A stretch of 64,000 nucleotides of DNA from assembly GCA_030141605.1 (NCBI GenBank), contig JAQGDQ010000398.1:124001-188000 (forward strand), given 5' to 3'. Under the pieces are notes generated by a model. It saw nothing but the letters and a program-made list of their open reading frames with translations. It was not told where the DNA came from and made no database searches. The DNA comes from Tubiluchus corallicola. Its lineage: Eukaryota; Animalia; Priapulida. Positions 49,915 to 64,000 of the stretch are shown piece after piece (within the stretch, counting starts at the first letter, position 1; each line of letters begins with the position of its first letter). The translations under genes were made by a program, and so were the position numbers.

Positions 49915-52900
49915 ATCTAGTCGACTGGAACTAGTACGACAACATCGTTACCTGTTAACCGTATACACACCGACGCATCATTGGCTAGGAAAATGGATAT
50001 GTCAGAAAACGTTAATGAGCTAACCAGCCCAGCACCTCTCTCTAAACCACAGACAAAGACCAGGAAAAGTTGCCAAAAATGCAAAACCATACAACAGTCA
50101 TTAAAGCTTCGAGCCTGTGGAGAAAAGCTTTGCGACAAGTGCTACAATAAACAGTACGGCAATACACTCATTAAACAGACTGTACAGGAAACAAATCAAA
50201 AATCGTCAAATCACGAAGCAGATTTGGTCAACCACAGCATAATCGTTGATTATGAATTCCCAAACACTATTGGTGATCAGGACCATAAAAACTCTCCTAA
50301 AAACCAACCAGCGCTGATGTTTGTGAATCCCGATACATCAGATAACGAGTCAGAATCCGAATATGACACTCCGCCAGTAACAGAAAAGTTGTTTCTATTA
50401 ACATGTATTAATCCGCAGCCACTACATTCTAACACGGAAAGTGAGTTTATGAAAGCCAACTCGCATGTGAATAACTTAGTTGATGGAAAACAAACAACGC
50501 TTCTCATTTCCAACAGCCTTGATGATCTGCCCGAACATGACGATATTTTTCCAAAAACAGTCTGCATCGGAGACTGTGAAAATCTGAAATTAGGACAACG
50601 ATTATTAACACTCCAATTTATAAATAAACAGAGTCAACGTCAAGTCACAAACCTAGAAGCACAGCTTAGAGCTTCTTACGCAGAACAAACAACACTGAAT
50701 AAGGAAATTACCAGACTGCATAGCCTCATGGAAACACAACAAAGTGAGACTTAAACATCAAGTGAGCTTGACCTAAGATTACTACAAGGAAAAATCGACA
50801 AACTGAGCTACTATCTACAAAACGAATCGCCGCAAAGTGTATGGCAAAAAATAAATGAGACTGAAGAACGACTGAGTAGAAAAATAGAAAAGTTGTATAG
50901 CCTTATGACACAACGGACGTGCGGAGATGAGCTTTTGATATTAAATGAAACAGAAGCAAGAATGAGTAAAGCAATTAAAGACGGTTACAGCTTTTCACAA
51001 CAGACAAAAGAAAAAGCAGACAGACCAGCTTCTGAACTAATATAACCGTCTTGGACCAATATAACACGCAAATACTAAGCGCAAGTAATAAACACACAAG
51101 AATCACTAAAACATCATCTACTACCATAGACCACTTTATCTCAAACGCTAAAGACAATTTCCAAGTACAAGAAAACTTCTCGTGTGATTATTCTGATCAT
51201 AATTTTATAATAATAGTAGACAAAAAAGAACCAGCCAAAAACAATACAGGCACAGTCTGGAAAACAGTCAGAGATTATTCTACATATAATAAAGATATAT
51301 TTCAAGATACTTTAACCAAATTGGACTGGAGTAATATTTACACAATGACTGACATTGACATGCAAATGAACACACTAATAAATAATATGGAATACTGCCT
51401 GGATATCTATGCACCGTATAAAAAAATTAAAATACATCAGCAGCAATTTAATGCAAAATCAGCTTGCCTTTGGGCGGATACAGAACTCGCAAAACTAAGA
51501 CACAATAAAAATGAATTATATAGAACATATTTACACTTAAAAGGAAAAAGCAATTACAATAATTGCAAAAAGGCACGAAATAAATTTAATAGCTACAACG
51601 GGAAACTCAAAAATAAATATTATATTAATAAATGCAATGATGCAACTACACCTAAGCAAAAAACCCGTTTAATTAATGACGTACTAAACAGATATAGAAA
51701 CGATCAATTACAAATAAACAGTTTACGAGAAAATGACAGTATAATATCTGATCCAGTTGACATTGCTAACAAATTAAATTCCACATTTATCAATCTCGGA
51801 AAATTTGACAACTTGCCACACCAACATAATGCAAATATACACAATATATACAAAAACCAATCAGTAATACAATCCACTTTCACATTTACTAGCGTCACAG
51901 AATACGACATCTTTAGAATATTAAATAGTTTAAATATAAATAAAGGAAGTGGACTCTCAGACATGCCAATAAAAATCTTAAAAGACTGTGCCAGCATCAT
52001 TACTCCTCATCTAACATATATCACAAACCAAGTCTTAATGCGCTCAGAATTTCCAGCCGTGTGTAAAGAAGCAAACATAACTCCAATACACAAGAAAGAT
52101 GCTAAAGATGACGCTAAAAACTACAGACCAATCTCAGTAGTGCACGTACTAGCCAAAGTATTTGAAAGAGTTATCTACAACCAAATAAACCATTACATTG
52201 AAAATAATAAGTTACTGTCAAATCATCAATTTGGTTTTAGAAAACTACATTCTACAATAGACGCGATAATTGATGCCACTGAAAAGTGGCGTTACAACTT
52301 AAATAAAAATAAATATATAACAGCAGCATTTTTAGATCTAAGTAAAGCTTTTGACAGCCTCGATCACAATTTACTACTAGACAACTTACGCCAACTAGGA
52401 TTCGATTATACTTCTCTCAAACTAATTAATAATTACCTACACAATAGAAAACAAAGAGTCAAGTTGAGCAAACACACTTTTTCAACATGGGACACACCAC
52501 AGAGAGGCATCCCACAAGGTACGATATTAGATCCTTTATTCTTTTGTTTATACGTTAATAAAATTCATTTAGTTTTACATAATTCAGACTTAACACAATA
52601 TGCCGATGATACAACACTCTATACAGCACACGCAGACTTTCTAACATCAAAAAATAATCTAGAAAAAGACATAACAATTATAAATGCAGCATTTAACTAT
52701 TTTGGTTTAAAAATGAATGATGATAAGACAGAATTTATGGTAATATCACCCAAATCCAATGACATTACTTCTAATGCAACACTAAAAGTAGGTGACTGTT
52801 CCATAGAACAAGCAAAAACTGTAAAATTTTTAGGCATTACTGTCGACAATAAACTCACTTGGGATGAACAGTTTCATCAAATACACAACAAGATGGCATT

Positions 52901-53855
52901 AAGCACGACATTCTTGCGCCAAACCAGAGGCCATCTAACCAAGAAAACAAAAATTCTCATCTACAAAAGTCTAATATTACCACATTATCTATATGGTTGC
53001 ACTTTACTTCAAAACGTTAAATAAGAAAACTTTAGAAAACTAAATACAATGCAAAACTACGCACTTAGATTAATTCATGGCTACTCTAACAAAACTGCTA
53101 AACAACATGCTGCTTCTGCAACAAGCTTAAGAACGTCAACAAAAATACCAATATTAGAAGCCTATCGAGATTACAAAACACTGATATTTCTTTATAAATA
53201 TATCAACAAACTGAGCATTCCATTTATAAACAATCCCTTAGCATTTATTCCTGATACCACTTTAAACACTAGAACATACAATTTAAAGCAAGTTACAGTA
53301 AACAATAAATTTGGAAATAACTCTATATCAAAACAGGCCATACATTTATGGAACTTACTTCCCAGTGAAATAAAGCAAATAGAATCTCTCCACCACTTTA
53401 AAAAGAAATTAAAAGAATATCAATATAACAGGTTTCAACTTCCACATTGTGCATCTGATACTAATTACACGGACTCCACTTTCATATACCCCCGCCCCTG
53501 ACTCTATATAACGATTAAAAATGCAAATTTAAAAAATAAATTATGTAATGTAATAGGTGTTATGTTAGTTTCGTGTTTCGTAATGTTAAATGTATAAATA
53601 GTGTACACTATGTCATGTAAAATTTAATGTACTTTCGTATCATTGTTTTGTAAAAATATTTTAATGTGGTGTTTGTAAATATGTTCATTTATTTTATATG
53701 GTTTTGCACTTTAGTTTTTTTTAGTTTGCACTGGACGCATTTGTCTTGAACAGTGTGGTTATTTTAACATTACGCTGAGGCTAACTCAATTTTATTATAA
53801 TAAGTGAACCATTTTTATGACAAATAAAGAATTAATATTATATATATATATAATA
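49915..53855 (+). mobile_element. LINE (L2/CR1 group) with ORF1 and an internally deleted ORF2
   Basis: ORF1 (about 49993-51000) has CQKC...RACGEKLCDKC and a coiled-coil region. ORF2 starts late in the APE domain (TRIT..SSTTIDH, SDH). RT motifs NYRPIS, FLDLSKAFD, GIPQGTIL, YADD, HLWNLLP. Disrupted at about 50750 and 53022. Tail AATAAA plus (TA)n. Confidence 0.92.
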
Positions 53856-56562
53856 ACAGGGTGTGGGGGAACCAGCCTGATGATGGGGAATTGGGTGCCA
53901 CCGTCATTGGAGGAGAGATTTTGAGGTGGGGTTGGGGTCTTTTGTTCGTATAAAAACTAAAATTTCCCCGCAATTGTAATTAGCCACCTTTCCCGTAAAT
54001 TGGTGATGATGAAAAACTGTGGTAATTTTATTGTGGTAAAAAATCTTCACGAATTTTTTTCTCATAAAAAGGCTGCTTCCTGATAATGCAATCGCTTACA
54101 TGGTTACTTTGGAACGAGATACTTCTGAAGAGGGAGAATGAAATGTTTACATTTCTGCAAAGCGTTTGAAGCAGAATATTCATGATTTTTTAAATAGTAT
54201 GTAAAAGTAGGTGGTGCATGAAGGGTTATGTTCTGCACATCAGAAAAGCAAAAAAAACATTGTAACCACTGGTCTAAGTGGTCTTGAAGAAAATGTGGTG
54301 GCTTTGCTGATCAGTTCCATGGGCCATGACACTTACACTGCATATGGACATTTACTCGTTTTACTCAACAATTTGCCAAAGATTGAAACTATCTGAAAAG
54401 CAATGTGAAAAGTTTAGCCAGTCAAATCTTTTTTGAAGAAATTGCAGTGTCACTGGATAAGAGTGAGTTTATGTATAACATTACGCTGGCTTCAATTGTA
54501 CCAGCATACATTCTAGCACACATGCCACTTCTGATATCAGCATTACTATTTCCTCTTTCCAATCTGGCCTTCCCTATCTGAGTCACTTGTCATGTTACAA
54601 TCTTTAGCTGATGAGCCTACCTCTGTAAAACTGTTTTTAAAATGAGATTATTTTTACTAAACCACCGCAGATGACGTGACTGTGAATAAATGTAAAAAGT
54701 TTTAAACATAAAGAAACACACTTATATGGTCGTTAGCATTGCTTATATTTTTTATATTCGCATCTGTTTTTGCCAATTGCTCAGTGCAGCATGAAAATTG
54801 TTTAAAAATATAGGAGAATTTAAAACATAGATGAAGCTTTGTATGATGAAAATATGTTGTAGTTATCACAACACTTTCTCATTGTTATTAAGATCTTTCA
54901 GATCAATGTGTTGTAATATTTACAGTCAGCTAACTATAGGCTATTCCGCAAATGCTTCTTTTTGCATTTTTGTTCAAATTGATTTTTTTAAATATTGATT
55001 TACTGAAGTAGGCAAACTTCAAAAGCCAAGGCTCCTTAGTCTCCCTTAAACCATTCATCATATAGCAAGTCTGTGTCTTTCCACAGATTCTTGCTACATT
55101 TGGCAGCATCTATCTAAAATTTAAAAGACTTCATGTGAGCAGACATCTTAAATGATGTGTAAGACGATGCAATTAAAGTTTTGATTTATAGCTGCATCAG
55201 AGAAAATTTGTAAAATAATCTAATGTAAATTTAGATCAGTTTGCAAAATCCAAATTGAAATGCAAAAAACCAGTTCTCATTGGCTGTTCACGTTCAGGAA
55301 AAGTGGACAGGTTTACAACTTTATACAACAGTTTTCTACAGAAATAGTTCTAAATGCAAAATGAGTCAGACAGCCTGAATGCACCATGACTATTTTGTGA
55401 TGCCAGTGGTGCAGACCACTAAGAGCTCATCTAATTAGGTAAATTATTTAAGAAATTATTAAAAATCTAAATTCTGTTCTAGGCCAAGTTGTATGAGACC
55501 GACTCATTATTTGACTGACCCAAAGACGCTCATCATAAAAGCATAAATAGTTAAAACTGAAAGTTATCTCACAAGAGTATGAAGGTGTATCTGATGGTGA
55601 TACTTAGAGTTTATTTATGAAAACCAATGTAAAAATTGGTCCTTGAAATGCGATAACCAAAGTGGTTATGCTAGGTACGAGCACATGTCTTTAGGTTGTA
55701 CTGAAGTATATCGCTAAGCAGCGGCCGACCAGCTAAGTGGCACATGACAATTGTTAGTAATGTAGTTTGTACTAGAGAGAAAAGAATTATTTAATAAATG
55801 TGAAAAAGAAAAAGTCAGGTAGGTCAGTAAGAACAGGACAGCTTTAAAAACAGTTTGGAGAAAGAGGGTCATGGGAGCAGGTTCACACATCATAGTTTTA
55901 GTTTTTTGAGAGGTGATTATATTTTCATTTTTGCAGGAGTGTAATTAGTAATTATAAAATAGTTTGTGTTAATGGAGAGAAATTTTGTATACGTATAGTT
56001 ATAATATTTTGCAAGGAATATGTTATGAAAGGAGTAAGGAATACGAAACGACATATACAAATACAGGTTTTTGGAGAACATCAGAAAGATGGGCCCTAAA
56101 ACCTGCTAAACCTCTAGGCAAACCAAAAACAACATGCAGAATTAATAAATTTACAGCATCTAAGACCAGAGTTAACAATAGCATCGCAGAAGTCGAGAAC
56201 TTTAGTTGCAGACAGGGAATACTATTCTAATAAGAGCGTCTCGATATCTTCGACAGATGTTTACAGCAAGTTAGCGACAGAAGAAGAAGAAACATGGATG
56301 GCCTGGAACACTGGGACAATGTATGGTCTAAATTTAGAAGAAATGCTATTATAATTATCATCGTGTCCGGTGTTAGTGTACGTCTGATCTGAGCTAAAAA
56401 GCAGAGAGTGAGAGAGAAAAAGAGAATAAAAAATAGAAAAAGAAAGAAAGAAAGAAACATACAAACAAACGAAAGTGGAATGAACGAATGTATGAAGGAA
56501 TGAGTAAACAAGTGAGTGAGTGAGGAAGTCAGACTGGATAAATAAAGTAAAGAAGAAACGAA

Positions 56563-58515
56563 TTAACCCTTTCATACCCATTGTATCCTGTGGTATACGA
56601 GAATATTTTCTGCATTCAAGATTAATAAAATTTTAAAACTGATAGTTATTTGATCTGTTAACAGTTATTTTGATTTAAGCCAATAACAATAGACTAAAAA
56701 TAGTGATAAAATGGCAAACTAAAAAATCTACATAGCATCAAAAACTCCGCAAGGTACAGTACTTTAGAGACGACTTTGTACAGATCAGCATAGCATGCTT
56801 ACTAAATGTCTCAAGTACTTACTATCTCAAGTTACTAAATTATCAGCAGTTACAAAATCAAGCACATTTTTTGCTTTAGTTGTGTTTTTAAAAAAGTCGG
56901 ATTTTCTTTTTTTTGCACATGACAAAGAATGTTGTGTATCCCACAGGATACATTGGGAACAAACGGTTGTAATTCACTTTCATAATAATAGACACAGGAA
57001 TGCAATGATCTGCAAAAACCTCTTTGCAAGTCCAGTAATTGGCTCTTTGTTTAGTAAAGTATGTTGATACTACTACATTACTGTGTAAACAATTCCACTC
57101 TTGAGTCCCTTTCCAATTTATTCATTATACTGCTTCACTACAAATCAGTATGTAGAAATTAACAAGGTATTTCAAGACACCATAAAGATCAGCTACACTA
57201 AAGACAGTAAGTTCTAGGTGGCAATTGTAAGGATATAAAGAAGGAATGATAGCGTATTATACCCTATGGTGAGTACAAACTTTTTTTTTATTTTTCATGT
57301 TTCTGTTTCACCTTACATTTTCACTGTTCATAGGTTTCATCAATTCATGAATTTCTATGCACCAAGACTATTAAAGTAAATATATGTCGCTTTACTTTGC
57401 ACTGTTCATTGCAATAATATATGGGATTATTTTCTTGAATTCCATTTCAACATCAAAATTTTATGGAAAAGCCAGTGGATGTATGGACTCGGATGTTGTT
57501 GTAAGACATGGCAGAAGAGAATTAATTTTGTTACCGGATGCTGATGCGTCTGAACCTGAGAATGAATCTAATGATGATGACGGAGAAGGTGATTACTCAC
57601 GAGTCTTCATGCTAGTTAGTGACTCAGAATTCGACAGCCATCAGCCAACAACATCAACTGCTGTACAGAACAAAGGCTCTGGTTTTAAATGGAAGGCACC
57701 CAAAAAATGTACCGCCTACTGCCATAGAATTCTCTCAGGGGACGTGGAGGACTACAGAGACAGCATCCAATCAGCTTCATGTTGGTGTAAATACCTTCCA
57801 GAAGGTGAAACGATATGACAGAAAGCAAGAACAAAAAGTTTTGTCCTGCAATTGTGAAAGAGTACAACATGCACATGGGGGCAGTAGATCTGTTTGACAT
57901 GTTGATGAGATTCTACAGAGTTGATCATAAGAGTACAAAGTGGTACAGAAGAATATTCTTTGGTGCCTTAGTGTTGTAAATGGTTGGCTACAATACCGTC
58001 GTCACTGTACACATCTCATACTCCCAAAAAAATCACAAATGGATCTCATGGAATTTGCTTCAGAAGTGAGTACTTCTTTGCTTTCAAAAGACAAAAGGAC
58101 CAAAATGAACTGTAAACGAGGCCGCCCACCATCTGCTGAAGAGTCAGACGAGGGTAATGTGCAACCTAAGACCTACAATATCCAAACACAATGCACAAAC
58201 CTAGAAAGCCAGAAAGATCAGGTTGGACACTTTCCAAAAATGGCGAATAAAGAATTAAGGCAGAGATAAAGTGCTGCAGCAAGCTCAGCCAAACAAAGTG
58301 TATTAAATGCAACGTGTTCGTATGCTTGCAACAAGATCGTAATTGCTTCTTGAGATTCCACATGTAAATTCCATGTTGAGATTCCACATAAGTCAGAATT
58401 TTGTTAAATTGCATTAAATCATGTATTAAATAAATTTCAGATTTCCAAATATACTGCATTTGCTTTTTATCATGCTTAGCAACCATTGATTTCAAATGTA
58501 TCCCATGGGATACAG
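56563..58515 (+). mobile_element. piggyBac transposon relic (internally deleted transposase)
   Basis: Left end TTAA|CCCT. From 57842: CPAIVKEYNMHMGAVDLFDM...STKWYRRIF, then VNGWLQYRR, GHFP and a Cys-rich tail TKCIKCNVFVCLQQDRNCFLRFH. Palindrome TGTATCCCATGGGATACA at about 58497, with variants at 56582 and 56935. Right TIR not seen. Confidence 0.88.
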
Positions 58516-58710
58516 GTGTATATTTTGCACACGAGCACAGGTAGGAAAAAAGATGCAAAACAAGATGGACATACTGAACAAAAGTACCAAGCCAGTACCT
58601 TCATACAAATAACATTTACGTTGAATTGTCATCCACCTGCTCCAAGCTTATTTATAACATTATTAATGTGCTTACTGAATGTTAATGAGTTATCTATGGC
58701 AATTATTTAT

Positions 58711-59405
58711 GTTACCAGATGGCAGCACAGTGCTGGGTCTGATGCGCTTAGTGTGCGCACACTAGTTGGATGCATTTAAGACCAGTATTCCACAAAAATT
58801 ATGAAGCTTTGTTACAGGGCAGCGCAAACTGTTTTTATATTATTTTCGTTGAGAGATGGCAGCACTATGCAGTGTGTGATGGGCTTAGTGTGCGCACAAT
58901 AGTGAGATGCATTTAAAACCATTACTCCACCAAAAATATAAAGGTTTGTTACATGCAGTGTAAGCTGTTTTCATATTATTTTTGTTACCAGATGGCAGCA
59001 CAGTGCTGGGTCTGATGCGCTTACAGTGCGCACACTAGTTGGATGCATTTAAGACCAGTATTCTACAAAAATTATAAAAACTTTGTTACAAGGCAATGTA
59101 AACTATTTTTATATTATTTTCGTTGAGAGATGGCAGCACCGTGCAGTGTCTGATGGATTTACTGTGCGCATAACAGTGGATGCATTTAAAACCATTACTC
59201 AAAAAAAATATAAAGGTTTGTTACATACAGTGTAAACTGTTTTCATATAATTTTTGTTACCAGATGGCAGCACCGTGCAGTGTCTGATGGATTTACTATG
59301 CGCATAACAGTGGATGCATTTAAGACCAGTATTCCGCAAAAAATATAAAGCTTTGTGACAAGGCAGCGCAAACTGTTTTTATTTTAGTTGAGAGATGGCA
59401 GCACT
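58711..59405. repeat. About 137-bp tandem repeat (5 units plus a partial) with alternating A/B units
   Basis: AGATGGCAGCAC recurs at about 58717, 58854, 58989, 59128, 59262 and 59393, preceded alternately by GTTACC and GTTGAG. Confidence 0.88.
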
Positions 59406-60894
59406 GTAGTCACAGAAACACTGTCAACAGCAACGTAGCTGTAGTTGTCCTACAATCAGTGTTGTCAAGCTCAGAGTTGTGTACCTGTGCTACAGCATGG
59501 CTTCTAATCTTCCACAGTTTACTGTTGTAAAAGTTAAACTTTCCACAGCAAATGTCAGCATAATAGTTGAGTCAGGTTAATGATGTAATCACAGAGACAC
59601 TGTCAACAGAGGTTAATAACACTGAATGCTTTATTGTAATATAATCAGTACATCAATGTCCCACATATCCCATAAAGTGGATTAATCTGACTGTTCGGAC
59701 CACAGGTGACTAGCAGGTAACAAACTGAAAAACTGACCAAAACCAAAAGCTTTACATTTCCGCCACAGATGGCGCCTCGTGCACGAATTTGTAAGCAAGA
59801 TTAACAAAAAAAGCTAAGTCTGCTACACCCGGCTCCTAATGAGAGTTTATAAAGTGGTCATTACAATAATCTGTTTTGTAAGTCACTGTACAATATTGCA
59901 TGAACTCTGAACAGTAACACTTAGTATATGTTTTTGCCAGTCTACCTTTTCGCTAGTATACCTGCAACGTGCCGAGAGCTATTTGGTTAAAAACAAAACA
60001 ACTGCCACCACCATTGTGACGTTTTGAGGCTTTATTGCATTCCTAATTTTTACATAATGATTAGGAAAATATGCTACATGTATTTAACGGGTTCCTCTGC
60101 TGTTTTTACGGCTATTTGGTTAAAAGCAAAACAAGATGAAACATAAATTTTAAAGCTATAATTATTACAAAAGAAAAGAGTACAACAACAAGTCAACAAT
60201 GAGAGCTCAAAATTACTACTAGTGGCTTGCTGTGAAACCCACAAGGAAAGATGAGGATAGGAAAATGAATGCGCATAACTTATCTGAATGTTCATGACGA
60301 TGTTGTGCACAACTTGACGATCCTCTCACAATGACAACGCTGACGCCGGCAACATGACGATCCTCCATGAGCCATAACAATGCAGATGGCGACAGCTAAT
60401 CAACAGCTTCCAGCAACCCTACTGTAGTCTACAACACCAACGTACCAACAGCCGACAGGAATGGAATAACATCACACTACTGTGACTTGCCCAGCTCTTT
60501 AAACCATGTAACAGCAACGAGACTGAGTAAGACAGGCTATGCAACAGGAACACTGTCCTTTTGGCCAAAACAATACTTAGCTCAGTTCTCCATGGTAAAG
60601 AAGTTACATCACAGATCGTGTACCAGCCTTTCCAAACAAATACGTTAACTACAGGTATGCTGGAACGTGCCCACTGGTCAGACCAACAACGAACGTCTGT
60701 ACCAGTGAAAAGTATCAACTCAACTGTTCAGAACAGGTATTGCTTTTTCTGCATAAGCAAACGAAGCACTCCAACAGGTAAGTACAAACCATTTTAAGTG
60801 ACAGGGGTGAGAAGATGACGAAATGAAAAAAACACATACAGTAATGTAAGCCAAGCAAGCAATTTACTATCAAAATTATCAACATGCACCTCAC

Positions 60895-62785
60895 AGTACC
60901 TTTTCGCCAGTCTACCTTTTTACCAGTCTATACTTTCGCCAGTCTACCTTTTTACCAGTCTGCACTTTCGCCAGTCTACCTTTTTACCAGTCTGCACTTT
61001 CGCCAGTCTCTCTGTTTCACAATTCTACATCTTCGCCAGTGTATCATGACTAACTCCTGAGTTACCATTGACCATCAACATGGTTTCATTTAAATGCCAT
61101 GCAAACAGAAGATATAAGTCCCCTCAGAGGCGTGTCATGTATCATTGTATTTCCCATGAAACGTAGAATCTGGTGGGCTGTGCCAAGTCGTTGGTCGAGT
61201 TTCGTTTAGCCAGAAAACGTCAATAAAAAGGATGTCCTGGTTGAAAATTTGACATCCAGGATCTACTGTTTTTTTTCTGGGATTTTTAGTTTCCGGGATC
61301 TTTTTTCTAAGAACTCAAAAAGCACACGGGGCTACTTGACCAAATTTGGTGTGTTTGTAACTAGAACACCTTTATATGACGTTGTCGTTCTCATAACTTA
61401 ATCATAATGACCAGTGATCATATGTTCTGATGGCCATTGACTTTGTCAATCCCATTCCGATTTTGGTCAAAGTAGAACTTTCTGTTCTTTCAGTTATTAA
61501 GAAAAACGTGAATCTCGGAAACTAAGCATCGTAGAACAACTGCAGACTCTGAATGGTCGTATGTTAAATGCTATGATGTTAATCCCTTGACACCAAAACT
61601 AGGGATTCATATGTTAGACTAAGATTTAACATGTTCCATTAGCATTTTTCCCTGGTCTTTGGTTAATCCCTAGCTGTTATTCCCTAAAGCTTTCTTAAGC
61701 GTTGCAGCTGGTTCTGATTGTCCAGACGGTGCGTGGGTTTAGCAAGGGTTAGGGTTTAGGTTACCGTGAAAATGGGTCTGGGGAAGTGATTGTGGAAGAG
61801 GTGCTGAACGTTAGGGGAGTTTATGGTTTAGTGTGTGGGTAGATAATTGATTGTACTACCACTAGTAAAGAGATAGTTGCGGACGGCTTCTTTTGGTAGC
61901 AATGACTCGTCAAAGTCATTCAGTTTTCCTACACCCTATGTATGGGGGGGGGCATGGTTCCCTATACCTTAATTATGAGATAAAAGGGTTTGGGAAACGG
62001 CCTCTACACATTAATCGTAAGTATGTCCCAGCAGCGTACACAACATTGGATAGACGTTCGGTGGGACTATAGGCAGTGCCTGATATCTTCATAACCCGGC
62101 GAGTGAGTTACAGCAAAAATTAAGACCTCGAGGTCCTGCTGACATTTCTGTATAGCACATGGACAGTTCTATATTAGGTGTTAAGCACAAAATGGCTTCC
62201 TTCTTGAGTTATGGCTTCCCAAATTTGCAAATGTTAATTTTTTGTCATAAGTTTTAAGTATGATACCAAATTGAGTCTAGTAAAGTAGCGACCGTTTGCA
62301 GGTGGCAGCTGTGTGGCACATCAATGGATAAAGAATTGATCGAACAATCACCACTGAGCGCCATTTTGGTAGGTGGCGCTTCTTGTAGGAGTAAACGTGT
62401 TTTGGTGATTTTCTACTGCTCAGGCATGTCTAAGTGTCACAACCCGAAATTACAACATAGGATGGCCCTCTACCCTAGCTTCAAGCACAACAAATTCGGC
62501 CAAGTAGCTTTGTCTATGGCATTCCTCTGTAGGACTTACGTCTTTATTTACAAACATTTAAATGAAACCATCGTATATACGTAATGGACAATGGTGACTT
62601 CTAGGTCAGTTAGGTGTTCAGTATTAGTCACGATACACTGGCAAAATGATAGGCTGCCGAGAAGATAGACAGGCGAAATGACAGACTGGCGAAAATATAG
62701 ACTGGCGAAAAGATGCACAGGCAAAAAGACAAACTGACAAAGTGATGCACTGACGAATTGTGCCTTGGCGAAACGACATTCAATC
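60895..62785. mobile_element. Foldback-type element with long modular inverted arms
   Basis: Left arm (TTTCGCCAGTCTAC)n plus CAGTGTATCATGACTAA..TTACCATTGACCAT; right arm ATGGACAATGGTGAC..TTAGTCACGATACACTG plus (GACTGGCGAAAA)n. Confidence 0.65.
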
Positions 62786-63150
62786 GTATTGCAGATAAGC
62801 CTAATGTTAAAATACGGGGGACAATGTTAAAATACGGGGGACAATGACGTATTTGCACTCTGTACACTTATGTATTTGAGTAAAAATATCTGACACTTAA
62901 GCTAGTTAATTAAACAATTTAATCATCGTCAAATTCAAAAGTGGTTTGCAACAAGTTTGTGGTAATAATGACAAAAATGGCAACACTAACTAAGTTAGTA
63001 ATTGGGATTAGTGTGGTATGCATAAAGTTCTCCAAAGTGAACAGTTTGTAGCGATACTTTGTACATAATCACAGAGGCTGAATTCAACTGTGATACAACT
63101 GAGCAACTATTAGTATTTACACAGCAAGGATGGACAGATCGAAAAAGGAT

Positions 63151-63352
63151 ATAGAATAGAATAGAATAGAATAGAATAGAATAGAATAGAATAGAATAGA
63201 ATAGAATAGAATAGAATAGAATAGAATAGAACAGAACAGAACAGAACAGAACAGAACAGAACAGAACAGAACAGAACAGAACAGAATAGAATAGAATAGA
63301 ATAGAATAGAATAGAATAGAATAGAATAGAATAGAATAGAATAGAATAGAAC
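63151..63352. repeat. Pentanucleotide microsatellite (AATAG)n(AACAG)n(AATAG)n
   Basis: Read directly; it explains the ILFYS-repeat ORFs. Confidence 0.97.
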
Positions 63353-64000
63353 AAAACAAATAAACAAATAAAAGTGAAACCACAAAAAATAAAATACACA
63401 GAGAGACAAAAAATCTACATATTACTATACAGTAAACTAAGATTATGTACAAATCAAATAATTATAAAGGCACAAATAAAACTTTTATTTCAAGTTATAA
63501 GGATGACAATCGTAGTAAAAATACCTGTTATCATCTTTGGTGCGGTTGTGTAGTTGGTTGATCTCTCTGTCAGTGAGTAACTCCACTATTGTAGAACAGC
63601 ATCATTGAAACTTCTCTGGTTAACTACAACATGTTACATCAATTAACGCTTTCACAGTATCATGATGTACGTTACATACCATTTCTTGTGTAAGACCTTC
63701 AATTACAGCATTTTTCTTTAGATAATTCAACTTCACTGATACGAAGAATCAATCCATGTCCTCCATGCCAAGATGTCGTCTGTACACGCTTTTACTACAA
63801 ATGGCATTTCATTATTTTTGCAGCCAGCTTTGTGCCATCTTAATTTTCAACTCGCATGACGTCACTGGCGTCAAACGCGCAAAGCCACCAATAGTAAATA
63901 CGCTTCAAAATAAACAGCAGCTACTGTAATTACAAAGGTGTAACTAGTGTTTTTGCTTAATTAATTATTTTTATGTTGAACAGTTTAGAGTCTAGTTGTG

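Noticed and set aside
54100-55600. Possible decayed DNA transposase (a QNANES-like trace near 55350)
   Set aside because: Too fragmented to establish a frame or termini by eye.
59405-59827. Possible small solo LTR (TGTA...TACA, with a duplicated 26-bp start)
   Set aside because: No target-site duplication or PBS/PPT found.

Overview
AT-rich animal (probably invertebrate) genomic DNA, not prokaryotic. The only well-supported host gene is a + strand, 16-exon NRF-6/OACYL-family membrane O-acyltransferase (signal peptide, Cys-containing NRF domain, acyltransferase-3 domain) at 11388-35757. I assembled it by hand with GT-AG introns and consistent phases, giving about 765-767 aa. Its most notable feature is a tandemly duplicated exon 7 (20160-20327 and 21487-21660). 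Both copies are intact, phase 1-1, and each encodes its own version of the R-X10-H first helix of the acyltransferase domain, making them candidate mutually exclusive exons. The rest of the window is mostly transposon-derived: several decayed LINEs, a head-to-tail pair of non-autonomous Helitrons inside a LINE, an LTR-like insert inside another LINE, TIR MITEs, piggyBac and Harbinger relics, and foldback-type elements. There are also several minisatellites and microsatellites, plus two divergent orphan ORFs at 39-41 kb. All calls were made by eye; no database searches were run.
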